The notes beneath the pieces are model-generated. The model searched no databases. It saw only the letters and a list, made by a program, of their open reading frames with translations, and was not told where the DNA came from. This document shows positions 45,338 to 57,560 of a DNA stretch of 64,000 nt, piece after piece. Location of the stretch: assembly GCF_009914755.1 (NCBI RefSeq), contig NC_060927.1. One strand, 5' to 3'. Position 1 is the stretch's first letter, and the number at the start of each line of letters is the position of its first letter. Origin of the DNA: the human T2T-CHM13v2.0 reference genome, Homo sapiens. The position numbers and the translations under genes were made by a program.

Positions 45338-45696
45338 TGTATTAGTCCGTTCTCATGCTGCTGATAAAGACATACCCAAGACTGGGTAATTTATAAAAGA
45401 AAGAGGTTTAATGGACTCAAGGTTCAGCATGGCTGAGGAGGCCTCACCTTCATAATAGAAGGCAAAGGAGAAGGAAAGGCGTGTCTTACATGGTAGCATG
45501 CAAAAGGGCATGTGCGGGGGAACTCCCTTTATAAAACCATCAGATCTCATGAGACTTACTCATCAGCACAAGAACACAATGAGAAAAACTCACCCCCTTG
45601 ATTTGATTATTTCCCCCAAGGTCCCTCCCATGACATGCAGTGATTATTACAATTCAAGATGAGATTTGGGTGGGGACACAGAGCCAAACTACATGA
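45338..45696 (-). mobile_element. THE1 (C/D-like) solo LTR (ERVL-MaLR) inside L1 ORF1
   Basis: TGTATTAGTCCGTTCTCATGCTGCTGATAAAGACATACCC..GAGATTTGGGTGGGGACACAGAGCCAAAC; 5-bp TSD GTGGG / ATGGG. Confidence 0.95.
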
Positions 45697-47833
45697 ATGG
45701 GTAATACAAACTTTGCTGAGCAAAAGAAGAATGTTCTAACAAAACACAAAGAATCTAAGAACCATGATAAAATAATACAGGAGTTGATAACCAGAATAGC
45801 CAGCTATTCTATTCTTCTTAGAGAAGAACATAACTGACCTGATGCAGCTGAAAAACACAACATGAGCACTTCACAATGCGAACACAAGCATCAGTAACTG
45901 AACACGCTAAATGGAGGAAAGGATCTCAGAGCTTGAAGACTATCTTGCTGACATAGGACAGGCAGACAAGTTAGAGAAAAACAATGAAAAGTAACAAAGA
46001 AAACCTCCAAGAATTATGGAATTATATAAAAGGACCAAACTTGCAACTGACTTGGGTAACTGAAACAAATGGAGAAAATGAAACCAAGTTGGAAAATATA
46101 CTTAAGAATGTCATCCAGGAGAAACTTCTCCAGATAGCAACACAGGCCAGAATTCAAATTCAGGAAATCCAGAGAACCTCAGTAAGATACTCCATGAGAA
46201 GATCCATCCCAAGAAACATAATCATCAGATTCTCCAAGGTCAAAATGAAAGAAAAAATGTTAAGCACAGCTAGAGAGAAAGGCCAGATCACCTACAAAGA
46301 GAAGTCCATCAGACTAACAGTGGACCTCCCAGTGGAAACTCTATAAGCCAGAAGAGATTGAGGGCCAATAATCAACATTCTTAAATAAAAGAATTTTGAG
46401 CTCAGAATTTCATATTTGTCCAAACTAAGCTTTGTAAGTGAAGGAAAAATAAGATCCTTTTCTGACAAGCAAATGCCAAGTCAATTTGTCAACACTAGGC
46501 CTTTCTTGCAAGAGCTCCTGAAGGAAGCATTAAATATGGAAAGGAAAATCTGTTACAAAAACACACTGAAGTACACAGGCCGGTGAAGCAACCACATAAA
46601 CAAGTCTGCAAAATAACCAACCACCATCATGATGGCAGGATGAAATTCACATGTAACAATATTAACCTTAAATGTAAGTGGGCTAAATTCCCTAATGAAA
46701 AGACATAGAATGGAAAGCTGGATAAAGAGTCAAGACTCACTGATACGCTGTCTTTAAGAGACCCATCTCATGTGCAAAGACACACATAGGCTAAAAATAA
46801 AGGGATGGAGGAAAATTTACCAAGCAAATGGAAAACAGCAACAACAAAAAAGCAGGAATCACAATTCTATTTTCTGACAAAACAGACTTTAACCTAACAA
46901 AGATCAAAAAAGACAAAGAAGGGCATTACAAAATGTTAAAGATTTCAGCTTCAATTTGATAAGAAAAGCTAAATATTGTAAATATATATGCACCCAGTAG
47001 AGGAGCACCCAGATTCATAAATCAAGTTCTTAGAGACCTGCAAAGAGACTTAGACTCCCACACAATAATAGTGGAGACTTTAGCACCCCACTGAGAATAT
47101 CAGACAGATTATTGAGACAGAAAATTACCAAAAATATTCAGGACCTGAACTCAGCTATGGATCAAGTGGATCTGATTGATACCTACAGACCTCTCCATCC
47201 CAAAGCACAGAATATACATTCTTCTCATCACCACATAACACTGACTCTAAAATTGATCTCATAATTGGAAGTAAAACACTCCTCAGCCAATGTAAAAGAA
47301 CTGAAATCATAGCAAACAGTTTCTTAAACCACGACACAATCAAATTAGAACTCAAGATTAAGAAACCCACTAAAAACCACACAACTACATGAAAATTGAG
47401 CAACCTGCTCCTGAATGACTCTCGGGTAAATAATGAAATTAAGGCAGAACTTAAGAAGTTTGAAACTAATGAGAACAAAGAGACAGTGTACCAGAATCGC
47501 TGGAATGCAGCTGAAACAGAGGGAAATTTACAGCACAAAATGCCCATATCAAAAAGCTAGAAAGATCTCAAATCAACAACCTAACATTACAACTAAAAGA
47601 ACTAGAGAACCAAGAGCAAGCAAACCCAAATGCTGGCAGAAGACAAGAAATAAACAAGAGCAGAACTGAAGGAGATAGAGACATAAAATACCATTCAAAA
47701 AAATCAATGAATCCAGGGGCTGATTATTTTTTAAATTAATAAAATAGACTGCTAGCTATACTAATAAAGAAAAAAAGAGAAGAATCAAATAGACACAATC
47801 AGAAATGTTAGGGCGGATATCACCACTGACCAC

Positions 47834-48091
47834 TGCTTCCAGCTTTTTCCCATTCAATATGATATTGGCTGTGTGTTTGTCATATAAGGCTTTTATTATT
47901 TTGAGGTGTGTTCCTTCAATACCTAGTTTATTGAGAGTTTTTAATATGAAAGGATGTTGAATTTTATTGAAGGCTTTTTCAGCATCTATTGAGATAACCA
48001 TGTCATTTGTCTTTGGTTCTCTTTTTGTGATGATTTGCATTTATTGATTTGGTTTGCTGGTATTTTATTGAAGATATTTACATTGATGCTC
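47834..48091 (-). repeat. Inverted duplicate of the same L1's downstream ORF2 segment (48521-48862)
   Basis: Reverse-strand ORF 47756-48040 [32 protein letters not shown]; the forward copy is still present downstream. Confidence 0.88.
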
Positions 48092-51000
48092 CCATTCTGT
48101 GGAATGCTGTTGGTATCCATGCTGTGGACAGAAATACAAGCAACAATCTGATAATACTATAAACACTTCTATGCACATAAACTAGAAAATCTAGAAGAAG
48201 TAGATAAATTCCTGTATATGTACACATTCTCAATACTGAACTGGAAAGAAATTGAATCCCTGAATAGACCAATAATAAGTTCTGAAATTGAGGCAGTAAT
48301 AAATAGCCTACCAACCAAAAAAAGCCCAGGACAAGATGGATTTATAGCTGAATTCTATCAGAGGCACAAAGAAGAGCTGGTACTATTTCTACTGAGACTA
48401 TTCCAAAAAATTGAAGAGAAGTGACTCCTCTTTAACTCATTCTATGAGAAAGCATCATCCTGACACCAAAACCTGGCACACATACAACAAAAAAAGAAAC
48501 TTCAGGCCAATATTCCTGATGAACATTGATGCAAAATCCTCAATAAAATACCAGCAAACCAAATCCAGCAGCACATTAAAAAGCTTATCCACCATGATCA
48601 AGTTGGCTTCATCCTGGGATGCAAGGCTGGTTTAACATACACAAATCAATAAATGCAATTCATCACAAAAACAGACCCAGAGACAAAATCCACATGGTTA
48701 TCACAATAGATGCAGAAAAAAGCCTTCAATAAAATTCAACATCCCTTCATTTAAAAAACTCTCAATAAACTAGGTATTGAAGGAACATACCTCAAAATAA
48801 TAAGAACCATATATGACAAACCTACAGCCAATATCATACTGAATGGGCAAAAGCTGGAAGCATTCCCTTTGATAACCAGTACAAGACAAGGATGCCCCCT
48901 CCCATAACTCCTATTCAAGTTCTGGCCAGGTCAAACAGGCAAGAGAAAGAAATAAACCGTATTCAAATAGGAAGAGAGGAAGTCAAATAATCTTTGCAGC
49001 TGACATGATCTTAACCTGATAAGCAGCTTCTGCAAAGTCTCAGATTACAAAATAAATGTGCAAAAATTGCTAGCATTATTAAACACTAGCCACAGGCAAG
49101 CAGAGAGACAAATCATGAGTGAACTCCCATTCACAATTGCTACAAAGAGAACAAAATACCTAGGAATATGGCTAACAAGGGAAGTGAAGGACTTCTTCAA
49201 GGAGAACTACAAACCACTGCTCATGGAAATCAGAGAAGACACAAACAAATGGAAAAACATTCCATGCTCATGGATAGAATCAATATCATGAAAATAGTCA
49301 TACTGCCCAAAGTAATTTATAGATTCAATATTATTCCCATTAAACTAACATTGACATTCTTCACATAATTAGAAAAAAACTATTTAAAAATTCATATGGA
49401 ACCAAAAAAGAGCCCAGATAGCCAAGACAATCCTAAGCAAAAATAACAAAACTGGAGGCATCATGCTACCCAACTTCAAACTATACTCCAAGGCTACAAT
49501 AACCAAAACAGAATGTTACTGATACAGAAAGAGACATATAGACCCATAGAACAGAATAAACAACTCAGAAATAAGCCTGCACACCTACAACCATCTGATC
49601 TTCAACAAACCTGACAAAAACAAGCAATGGGGAAATTATTCCCTATTTAATAAATGGTAATTGGAGAACTGGCGAGCCATATGCAGAAAATTGAAACTGG
49701 TCCCCTTCCTTACATCTTACACAAAAAATAACTCAAGATGAATTAAACATTTAAATGTAAAACCAAAAACTGTAAAAACCCTAGACAACAATCTAGGCAA
49801 TAGCCTTGAGGTCATAGGCATGGGCAAATATTTCATGCTGAAAACACCAAAAGCAGTTGCAACAAAAGCAAAATTTGACAAATAGGATCTAATTAAACTA
49901 AAGAACTTCTGCACAGCAAAAAAAAAACTATCATCAGAGTGAACAGACAACCCGCAGATGGGAAAAATTTTTGCCCTCTATCCATCGGACAAAGGTCTAA
50001 TATCCAGAGTCTACAAGGAACTTAAACAAATTTACACACACACACGCACACACACACACCCAAACAACCCCATTAAAAAGTGAGCAAAGGACATGTACGG
50101 ACACTTCTCAAAAGAAGACATTTATGTGGCCAACAAACATATGAAAAAATGCTCAACATCACTAATCATTAGAGAAATAAAAAATCAAAACCACAATGAG
50201 ATATCATCTGACGGCAATCGGAATGGTCAAGAAGCAGCAAATGCTGGCTAGGCTGTGGATAAAAAGGAACACTTTTATGCTTTTGGTGAAAGTGTAAATT
50301 AGTTCAATCATTGTGAAAGACAGTATGGTAATTCCCTAAAGATCTAGAGGCAGAAATATGAATACCATGCAACCTAGCAATTCCATTACTGGGTATGTAC
50401 CTGAAGAAATATAATTCATTCTATTATAAAGATACATACGTACATATTCATTGCAACCCTATTCACAATAGCAAAGACATGGAATTAACCCAAATGCCCA
50501 TTAATGATAGACTAGATAAAGAAAATGTGGTACATATACATCATTGAATACTATGCAGTCATAAAAAGGAATGAGATCATGTCCTTTGCAGGGACACTAA
50601 TGGACCTGGAAGCTGTTATCCTTAGCAAACTAATGCAGGAACACAAAACCAAACACTGCATGTTTTTACTTACAAGTGGGAGCCGAATGATGAGAACACA
50701 TGGACACATGGGGAGGAACAACACACACTGGGGCCTCTCCAGTCGGGGGTGGCAAGAGAGTATCAAGAATAATAGCTAATGGATGCTGGGCTTAATACCC
50801 ATGTGATGTGTTGATCGTGCAGCAAACCACTGTGACACACGTTTACCTATGTACCAAACCTCCACATCCTGCACATGGACCCCAGAACTTGTTATAAAAG
50901 TTGGGTTAAAAAAAGTGAATAATCAGGCTTTTATTTTTCGACAGTATCACGATGAAGTTATGTAAACACAGTTTTGATCTATTCTGTATTTATATCTTTC

Positions 51001-53487
51001 TGGAGTGCTTTTATTTTCTGTATGTTTGTTATTATATATTATTTATTCTCTTTTTTGTCATTATACTTTTTATGGAGTTTGGGCCTTAGCCCTTTTCTAT
51101 TGCTCATTGTTATATGAAATCAGTCTTTTCTGGATCTTTAAAAGAAGGCTAGCTCAGGATGGGTTTTCCAATGTCATAGAACTTTATCTTCTGTTTTTTT
51201 TTTATATAGTTTCAAAGACTATAATAATTTATTTCTGAAATTCCCTAGCTCTGCTCTGTTCCCTCAGTATCCTCTCAAAATAGTCTGTCCTTTCCCTCTA
51301 TATTCAACATCCTACTTATTTTTAATTTTATTACCATTAATTTCTCTTCAATGTGGAGCTACGTCATGGAAGGAAATTCTTGCTAGTCTGTTTCAAAAGC
51401 TCATAGGTAATAGATCTAACCAGAACCCATGAACGCACCTGCTGGTGAACTGGTCAAAACTGCTTTCATTTTAAAACTATCACTCTAAAATACACCCATT
51501 AGACTTTCTTGTTGGTCTTTGATACTCATATCAATCATTATTTCTTTGGTGATATGTATTATATTTATATACATAGTTGATTTATCTTTTGCATTAATTT
51601 TTAAGAGATATGGTTTATTTTCTTTTTCTCTGTATAAATAATCTTTTTCAAGGGTCTTAATTACTTTCCTCACAATGTATTATAAATATCAGCAAATCTT
51701 CTTTCTGTATTTTATATCTACATCTTAAAATAAATCTCTGGTTTCTTATTCCTTCATGGTTAATGTAACCTTCAAGAAGAAATTCCAAGTACATCCTGAG
51801 AAGGTGTTTGAACAGTCTTTATGATTTTAACGCCTTAACTTTCAAAAATGAGTCTGAATAAATATTTGCTGAATAAATATCTGACACAAACTTGCATCTA
51901 TGTATTTATATCATACTAACAATTCACTTTGGTAACCTCCATCAATTGAAGATGACATTATTCAAGTTGTAGAATGAATGACAAAAACACGTAACATTCA
52001 GTTTAAAATGGAATATTTCATAAAATATAATTATAACTTAGAGTAATAAATTAACTCACTTTCTCTACAGTATATTCATAGCGCACAAAGTAATAAGTCT
52101 CAAAATTAATACTTTTAACCTTGACAACTCTTGTCTGCTAAGATTCAATTGTAGGTGGTCTGCTTTCACATAGAATATAGAAAAAAAGAAAAAAGGCATT
52201 GCTACCACTCTAACAATACAAAATGATGAAACTACAAAATCATAATTTTTAAAAAAACCACCTGAAACAGGTTGCAAAGTAAACAAGTAGACTGAAATCT
52301 AAGGAAAGATAAAACTTTCCAAGAAGAGGTGAGAAGTAAGCACTGGCTGACCTTCGGTAAAGTTTAGAAGGAAGATAACTTGGGTGCCACATAAAAAGTT
52401 AAGAAAAATACAGGTAAAATGTTTAGTGGTGTGTTCAAGGATAAGTAGAAATGATTATGTTAGAGTATAGAAACTCTGAGAAAATTAAACACAGAAACTC
52501 TTAAAAGTAACTCTTAAAAGTAATTGGGTGTCCAAAGGAAAAAATGGTAAAAATGGTAGCAATACGGGTTTATAGAATATGTAAAAGGAAAATGCATAAA
52601 AATTATATCATAAAAGAGAAAATATATATACACATTTGTGTTTCTTTACATATTTAATATATTATAATATTATTTGAAGTTAGATTGTAATTAAATACTT
52701 CATGTATACACAAAGGCAATTGAAAACAAAAATGATAGTGATAAATATTAGCCATTACTATAGATAGCAGATCATTATAACATAATCTAAATTAACCCAA
52801 AAGAAGGCACATACATGGACAAAAGGTACAGGAAAACAACGAATAAAGTAGAATACAAGCATCAGATTGTGGATTTAAATCCAGTCATATTAGAATTACA
52901 TTAAACATAAATGGAGTATATAAAAAACTCTTAAAAATACAGAAGACAGCTATTGTCAAATTGGCTCAGATAACAAGAACCAACTCTATGCTGCCCAGAG
53001 AAAGTGAAAATTTAAATATAAAGACAGAAATAAGTTAAAAGTAAATGATAGGATAAAGGTATGCTCTACAAACATAATTAGTGTACAATTGTAGCAGCTA
53101 TATTAATGTAAGAAAATAGACTTTAGAACAGGAAATATTGTCAAGAATAAAGAGAGATATTAAATTGTAATAAAAATGTCAATTTTTCAAAGATATACAA
53201 CAATCCTGAATGTGTATTTTTCTAATAACAGAGTTTCAAAACTCTGTAAGAAAATACAGAACTGAAAGAAAAAATATATAAATCAACAATTTTAGTTGGA
53301 GATTTCAACACTTCTCTCTTAGCAATAGCACAAAAAGATAGAAAACAACCAAAAAGTTCTTTAAAGGAAAACAAAAAAAACTATCAGTCTATTGAACTAG
53401 GTAATTTATAGAACAATCCGACCAATATCAACAGAATACACTTCTTTTAACATTTAAAGCACAGGTTGCCCACAATACTTGTACCTC

Positions 53488-53783
53488 TGTAATTAGGTTT
53501 AGATGAGGTCATGAGTTTGGAGCCGCCCTGATGAGATAATGCCCTTTAAGAAGAGGAGGCAACACGCTATCTTTCCCTCTTTCTCTGCTATGCGAGAACA
53601 CAGCAAGAAAGCAACCATCCTTAAACCAGGAAAAGTGTCTTCACAAGCTACTAAAACTGCCAGTACCTTGATGTTGGACTTACCAGCCTCCAGAACTATA
53701 AGAAATAAATGTTTATTATTTAAGCCATGCTGTCTGCGGTATTTTTGTTGTTGTCATTACACTAGCCCAAGCAGAATAAAACA
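53488..53783 (+). mobile_element. MLT1A-like LTR (ERVL-MaLR), 5'-truncated
   Basis: TAATTAGGTTTAGATGAGGTCATGAG..ACCTTGATGTTGGACTTACCAGCCTCCAGAACTATAAGAAATAAATG..TTTAAGCCA. Confidence 0.85.
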
Positions 53784-54636
53784 GTAAGCATGGAACATTC
53801 ACCAAGAGAACCAAGCTCAAGATATTTAGAAAGATTGAATTCATATAGGATATTTGTTTTTATTACATCCAAATGTGACTAGACATCAATAACAGAAAGA
53901 TATACAGAAAATGCAGAAATTTTTTGAAATTATATATTATACTTATAAATAGCCCATGTGTTAAAACAGAAGTCACATTAGAAATTAGATAACATTATGA
54001 ATTAAATAAAAATGACACAAAATATCAGATTTTGTGGCCTGAAAGTAAAGCAATATTTAGAAGAAATTTATAACATGCTATATGCTGTCATAACATTAGT
54101 GTAAATATAAATGTTTACATTAGGAGACAGTTTTCAAATCAATGATCTAATCTGTGATTGTAAGAAATAACAATGAAAAGAGAATTAAATCCACATAAAT
54201 CATAAATAAGTCCCAATAAACATGAGTTAACAAAAGAAATCAATAAGATTAAATACAGAAACAAACAGAGCAAAAAAAAGAAATTGAAGTTGTTTCTTTG
54301 AAAATATCAAAGAAATAGTTATATCCCCAGCCAGACTTAACAAGAAGAAAGACAGAAGATACACATACTCAATATACATTATCAACTTTTAAGATTTTAA
54401 AATAACAATGAAAAATATTACAATCAATTCCATATCCAGAAATGTGACATTAGATATAATTGAAAAATTTCTTGAACCAAACAATTAAAGTTCATCTAGA
54501 ATAGATAACTAAGAATATCCCTAGAAATATTTGAATGACTAATAAATAAATTTAACTTGTTGAAAACTTTACTACAAACAAACAAAACAGGCCCAGATAG
54601 CTTCAATGATAAATGTCTGCAAATATTTAAGAAACA

Positions 54637-55933
54637 AAATCAGAGCTGAGCTGAATCAAAGGGAGATGAAGAAATCCATATGAAAAATCAATGAGCCAAA
54701 AGCTTGTTCTTTGAAAGAATAAATAAGATTGATATTTACTTATCAAATAATTGATATTTATTTATTAAATAATTTTGTATCAGAATGATGTTGGCCTCAT
54801 AAAATGAATTAGGGAGGAGTGCCTCTTCTTTGATTTTTTTGGGAAATAGTTTCAGTAGGATTGGTACCAGTTTTCTTTATACAGATGGTAGAATTCAGCT
54901 GTGAATCCATCTAATTTAGAGCTTTTTCTGTTTGGTACAATTTTCTAGTAACTGATTCAATTTTGGAACTTGTTATTGGTCTGCTCAGGGTTTCAATATC
55001 TTCCTGGTTTGGTGTTTCCAGGAATTTATCCATTTCTTCTAGGTTTTCTAGTTTGTTTGCACAGCCATGTTCATAACAGTCTCAGGAATTTTTTTTTTTA
55101 TTTCTTTGGGGTCAGTGGTAATGTCCCCTTTGTCATTTCTGATTGTCCTTATTTGGATCTTCTCCCTTTTTTCTTTTTTGTCTAGCTAGCAAAGGCTAGC
55201 TCAAAGGCTCCTAGAACTGATAAACAGCTTCAGCAAACTTTCAGGATACAAAATCAATGTACACAAATCAGTAGCAATTTTACACACCAAAAATATCCAA
55301 GCTGAGAGCCAAATAAAGAACACAATCCTATTTGCAATAGCCACAAAAAGAACAAAATACCTAGGAATACAGCTAACCAGTGAGGAGAAAGATCTCTAAA
55401 GTGAGAATTGCAAAGACTCCAAAAGCAATCCCATTACTGAGTATATACCCCCCCAAAATAAATCATTCTATTATAAAGTCACATGGAATTGTATGTTCAT
55501 CAAAGCAGTACACACAATAGCAAAGACATTGAATCAACCTAGGTGCCCATCGATGGTGGACTGAATAAACACAATGTGGTACATATGCACCATAGAATGC
55601 TATGCAGCCATAAAAAGAATGAGAACATGTCCTTTGTAGAAACATGTATGGAGCTTGAGGTTATTATCCTGAGTGAATTAACACAGGAACAGAAAACTAA
55701 ATACTTCATGTTCTCACTTATAAGTGAGAGATAAATATTGAGTATGCATGGACACAAAGAAGGGAACAATAGACACCAGGGTCTGATTGACAGTGGAGTG
55801 TGGGAGGATGGTGAGGATTGAAAAACTACCCACTGGGTATTATGCTGATTACGTGGGTGACAAAATTATCTTTACACCCATGCAACAAAACTGCACATGT
55901 GCTCCTTGAACCTAAAATAAAAGTTGGAAAAAA
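54637..55933 (+). mobile_element. Rearranged L1PA14/15-like insertion (forward / inverted / forward / forward segments)
   Basis: Forward 54637-54733, inverted 54773-55190, forward 55202-55418, forward 3' UTR 55419-55933 (GAGGATTGAAAAACTACC..CCTAAAATAAAAGTTGG). Confidence 0.85.
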
Positions 55934-57159
55934 CCCAAATTATGCCAGCTCTACATAAAATTTTCCAGAAAATCTCATATATTGAATTATTTGTCATTAT
56001 TTATGGAATCAATATTATTCCAACACAAAAATTATTCCAAAGCTTTATAAGAGAATAAATCTACCAAACATATCCTTGTTCAATACAGATGCAAATAGTA
56101 CCAACAAAATATTAGCAAATTTTAAAATGTGTATACATAAAGGATAATGCATCATTACTAAGTAGCAATAATCTCAGGAATCCAGATTTAATTCAATGTT
56201 GAACAACCAATATAATCAGGTAATATAATTCATCATTTCAACTAACTAAATGAGAAAAAAGAGAATCATCTTAATAAATGCAATAAAAAATTGGCAGACC
56301 AACATTTATTATAAAAATTATCAGCAAACAATGGATAGCAATCTGAAAAAGGTGATCTACTAAAACAAAACAACAGCAAACTACAGTTAACATTACATGC
56401 AATTGTGATAGATTGAATGCTCCATCCAAAATTGGCAAGAAGACAAGAATGTTTGATTATACCAGTCTTTATTCACATCATTATAGAGGTCTTAGGTTTT
56501 ACAATAGGTAAGGAAGAAAAAAGGCATACAATCTGGAGAAGAAGAAATAAAACTGTGTCTATTCACAGGCAACATCATTGTCTACATAAAAATTCCCAAT
56601 GTTTCTAACTAAAGCTCAACATTAAAAAAATAAATTTTGGATTTTTGGGGGATTAACTAGTAAAATTTAAATAAAATTATTATAACTGACAATACCACTC
56701 ACAGAGAAATACTGAAGGATAAATCTAATAAAATATGTGCACAATCTATAGGCTGAAACTGCAAAACTCTAATGAAAGCAATAAGAAAAGATTCAATTAG
56801 TAGAGAAACATGCACTATACTCATAGATTGGAGGATTCAATATTGTTAAAAATGTCAACTATCCCCAAATTCAACCTTGCAAGAACCACATTTTTTTGTA
56901 TAATTGACAAGCTGATTTTCAAATTTGCATGGCAAAGGAAAGAAATTAGAATTGTCAAAACAATTAAAACAAAAGAAGACTCACAGTAACTGTTTTCAAA
57001 AATTACTATTAAACCACAACATTCAAGACAGTGTAGTATTGGTGAAAGATGAGACACACTGGATATATTCTATAGCATAACTAATTGATAAAATTGCCCA
57101 CCAAATATACCAGTTAACAGGTTTTAATCAACATTCCTGGATTATGACTGAAGTATTTT

Positions 57160-57340
57160 TCCTTCTTCCTACTTTTTCCTTTCCTTCCTTCTTTCCTTCC
57201 TTCCTTCCTTCCTTCCTTCCTTCCTTCCTTCCTTCCTTCCTTCCCTTCTTCCTTTCTTTGTTCCTTCTTTTTCTTTTTCTTTTTTCTCTTTGTTTTGGGA
57301 TTCTTTACTCCTTTCTTCCTCCTCCTCCTCCTTTGCTCTT
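57160..57340. repeat. (CCTT)n microsatellite and pyrimidine-rich low-complexity tract
   Basis: Direct reading; core CCTT run ~57178-57245. Confidence 0.95.
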
Positions 57341-57374
57341 TTTTGAATTATTATTTCACAACATGGTCTAGAAT

Positions 57375-57560
57375 GAGAAAGACATGGAATTAATGCCTGA
57401 TTTCTATGCTCTGGCAGTGTTCTTTTTTTTTTTTTCCTCCAATTACTTAAACTTTTCAAGATTCAGTTTTCTTAATTCTGAATTGGAGATATCCATATCT
57501 ACCTTATGGGTTTTACATACGTATATAGTGAGAAAGGAAATGTGAACTTTTTTATTAAAA
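57375..57560 (+). mobile_element. MIR SINE
   Basis: TTACTTAAACTTTTCAAGATTCAGTTTTCTTAATTCTGAATTGGAGAT..CTACCTTATGGG. Confidence 0.6.

Larger units (their letters stand above)
43952..50910 (+). mobile_element. Full-length LINE-1, L1PA11-13-like, inactive
   Basis: 5' GAGGCCAAGATGGC and GC-rich 5' UTR; ORF1 fragment 45984-46346 (RNIIIRFSKVKMKEKML..KGQITYK); ORF2 from ~46629; 3' AATAGCTAATGGATGCTGGGCTTAATACC; 17-bp TSD AAAAGTGAATAGTCAGG (43935-43951) / AAAAGTGAATAATCAGG (50911-50927). Confidence 0.96.
52150..57065 (+). mobile_element. Long decayed L1M (5' region through ORF2) hosting MLT1 and L1PA insertions
   Basis: AACCAACTCTATGCTGCC; TTAGTTGGAGATTTCAACACTTCTCT; GGCCCAGATAGCTTCAATG; ORF 56417-56608 RRQECLI..IIIEVL; CTCATAGATTGGAGGATTCAATATTGTTAAAATGTCAA. 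Confidence 0.8.

Noticed and set aside
57144-57459. ORFs with FLPS / KEGR repeats
   Set aside because: Translation of the (CCTT)n microsatellite.
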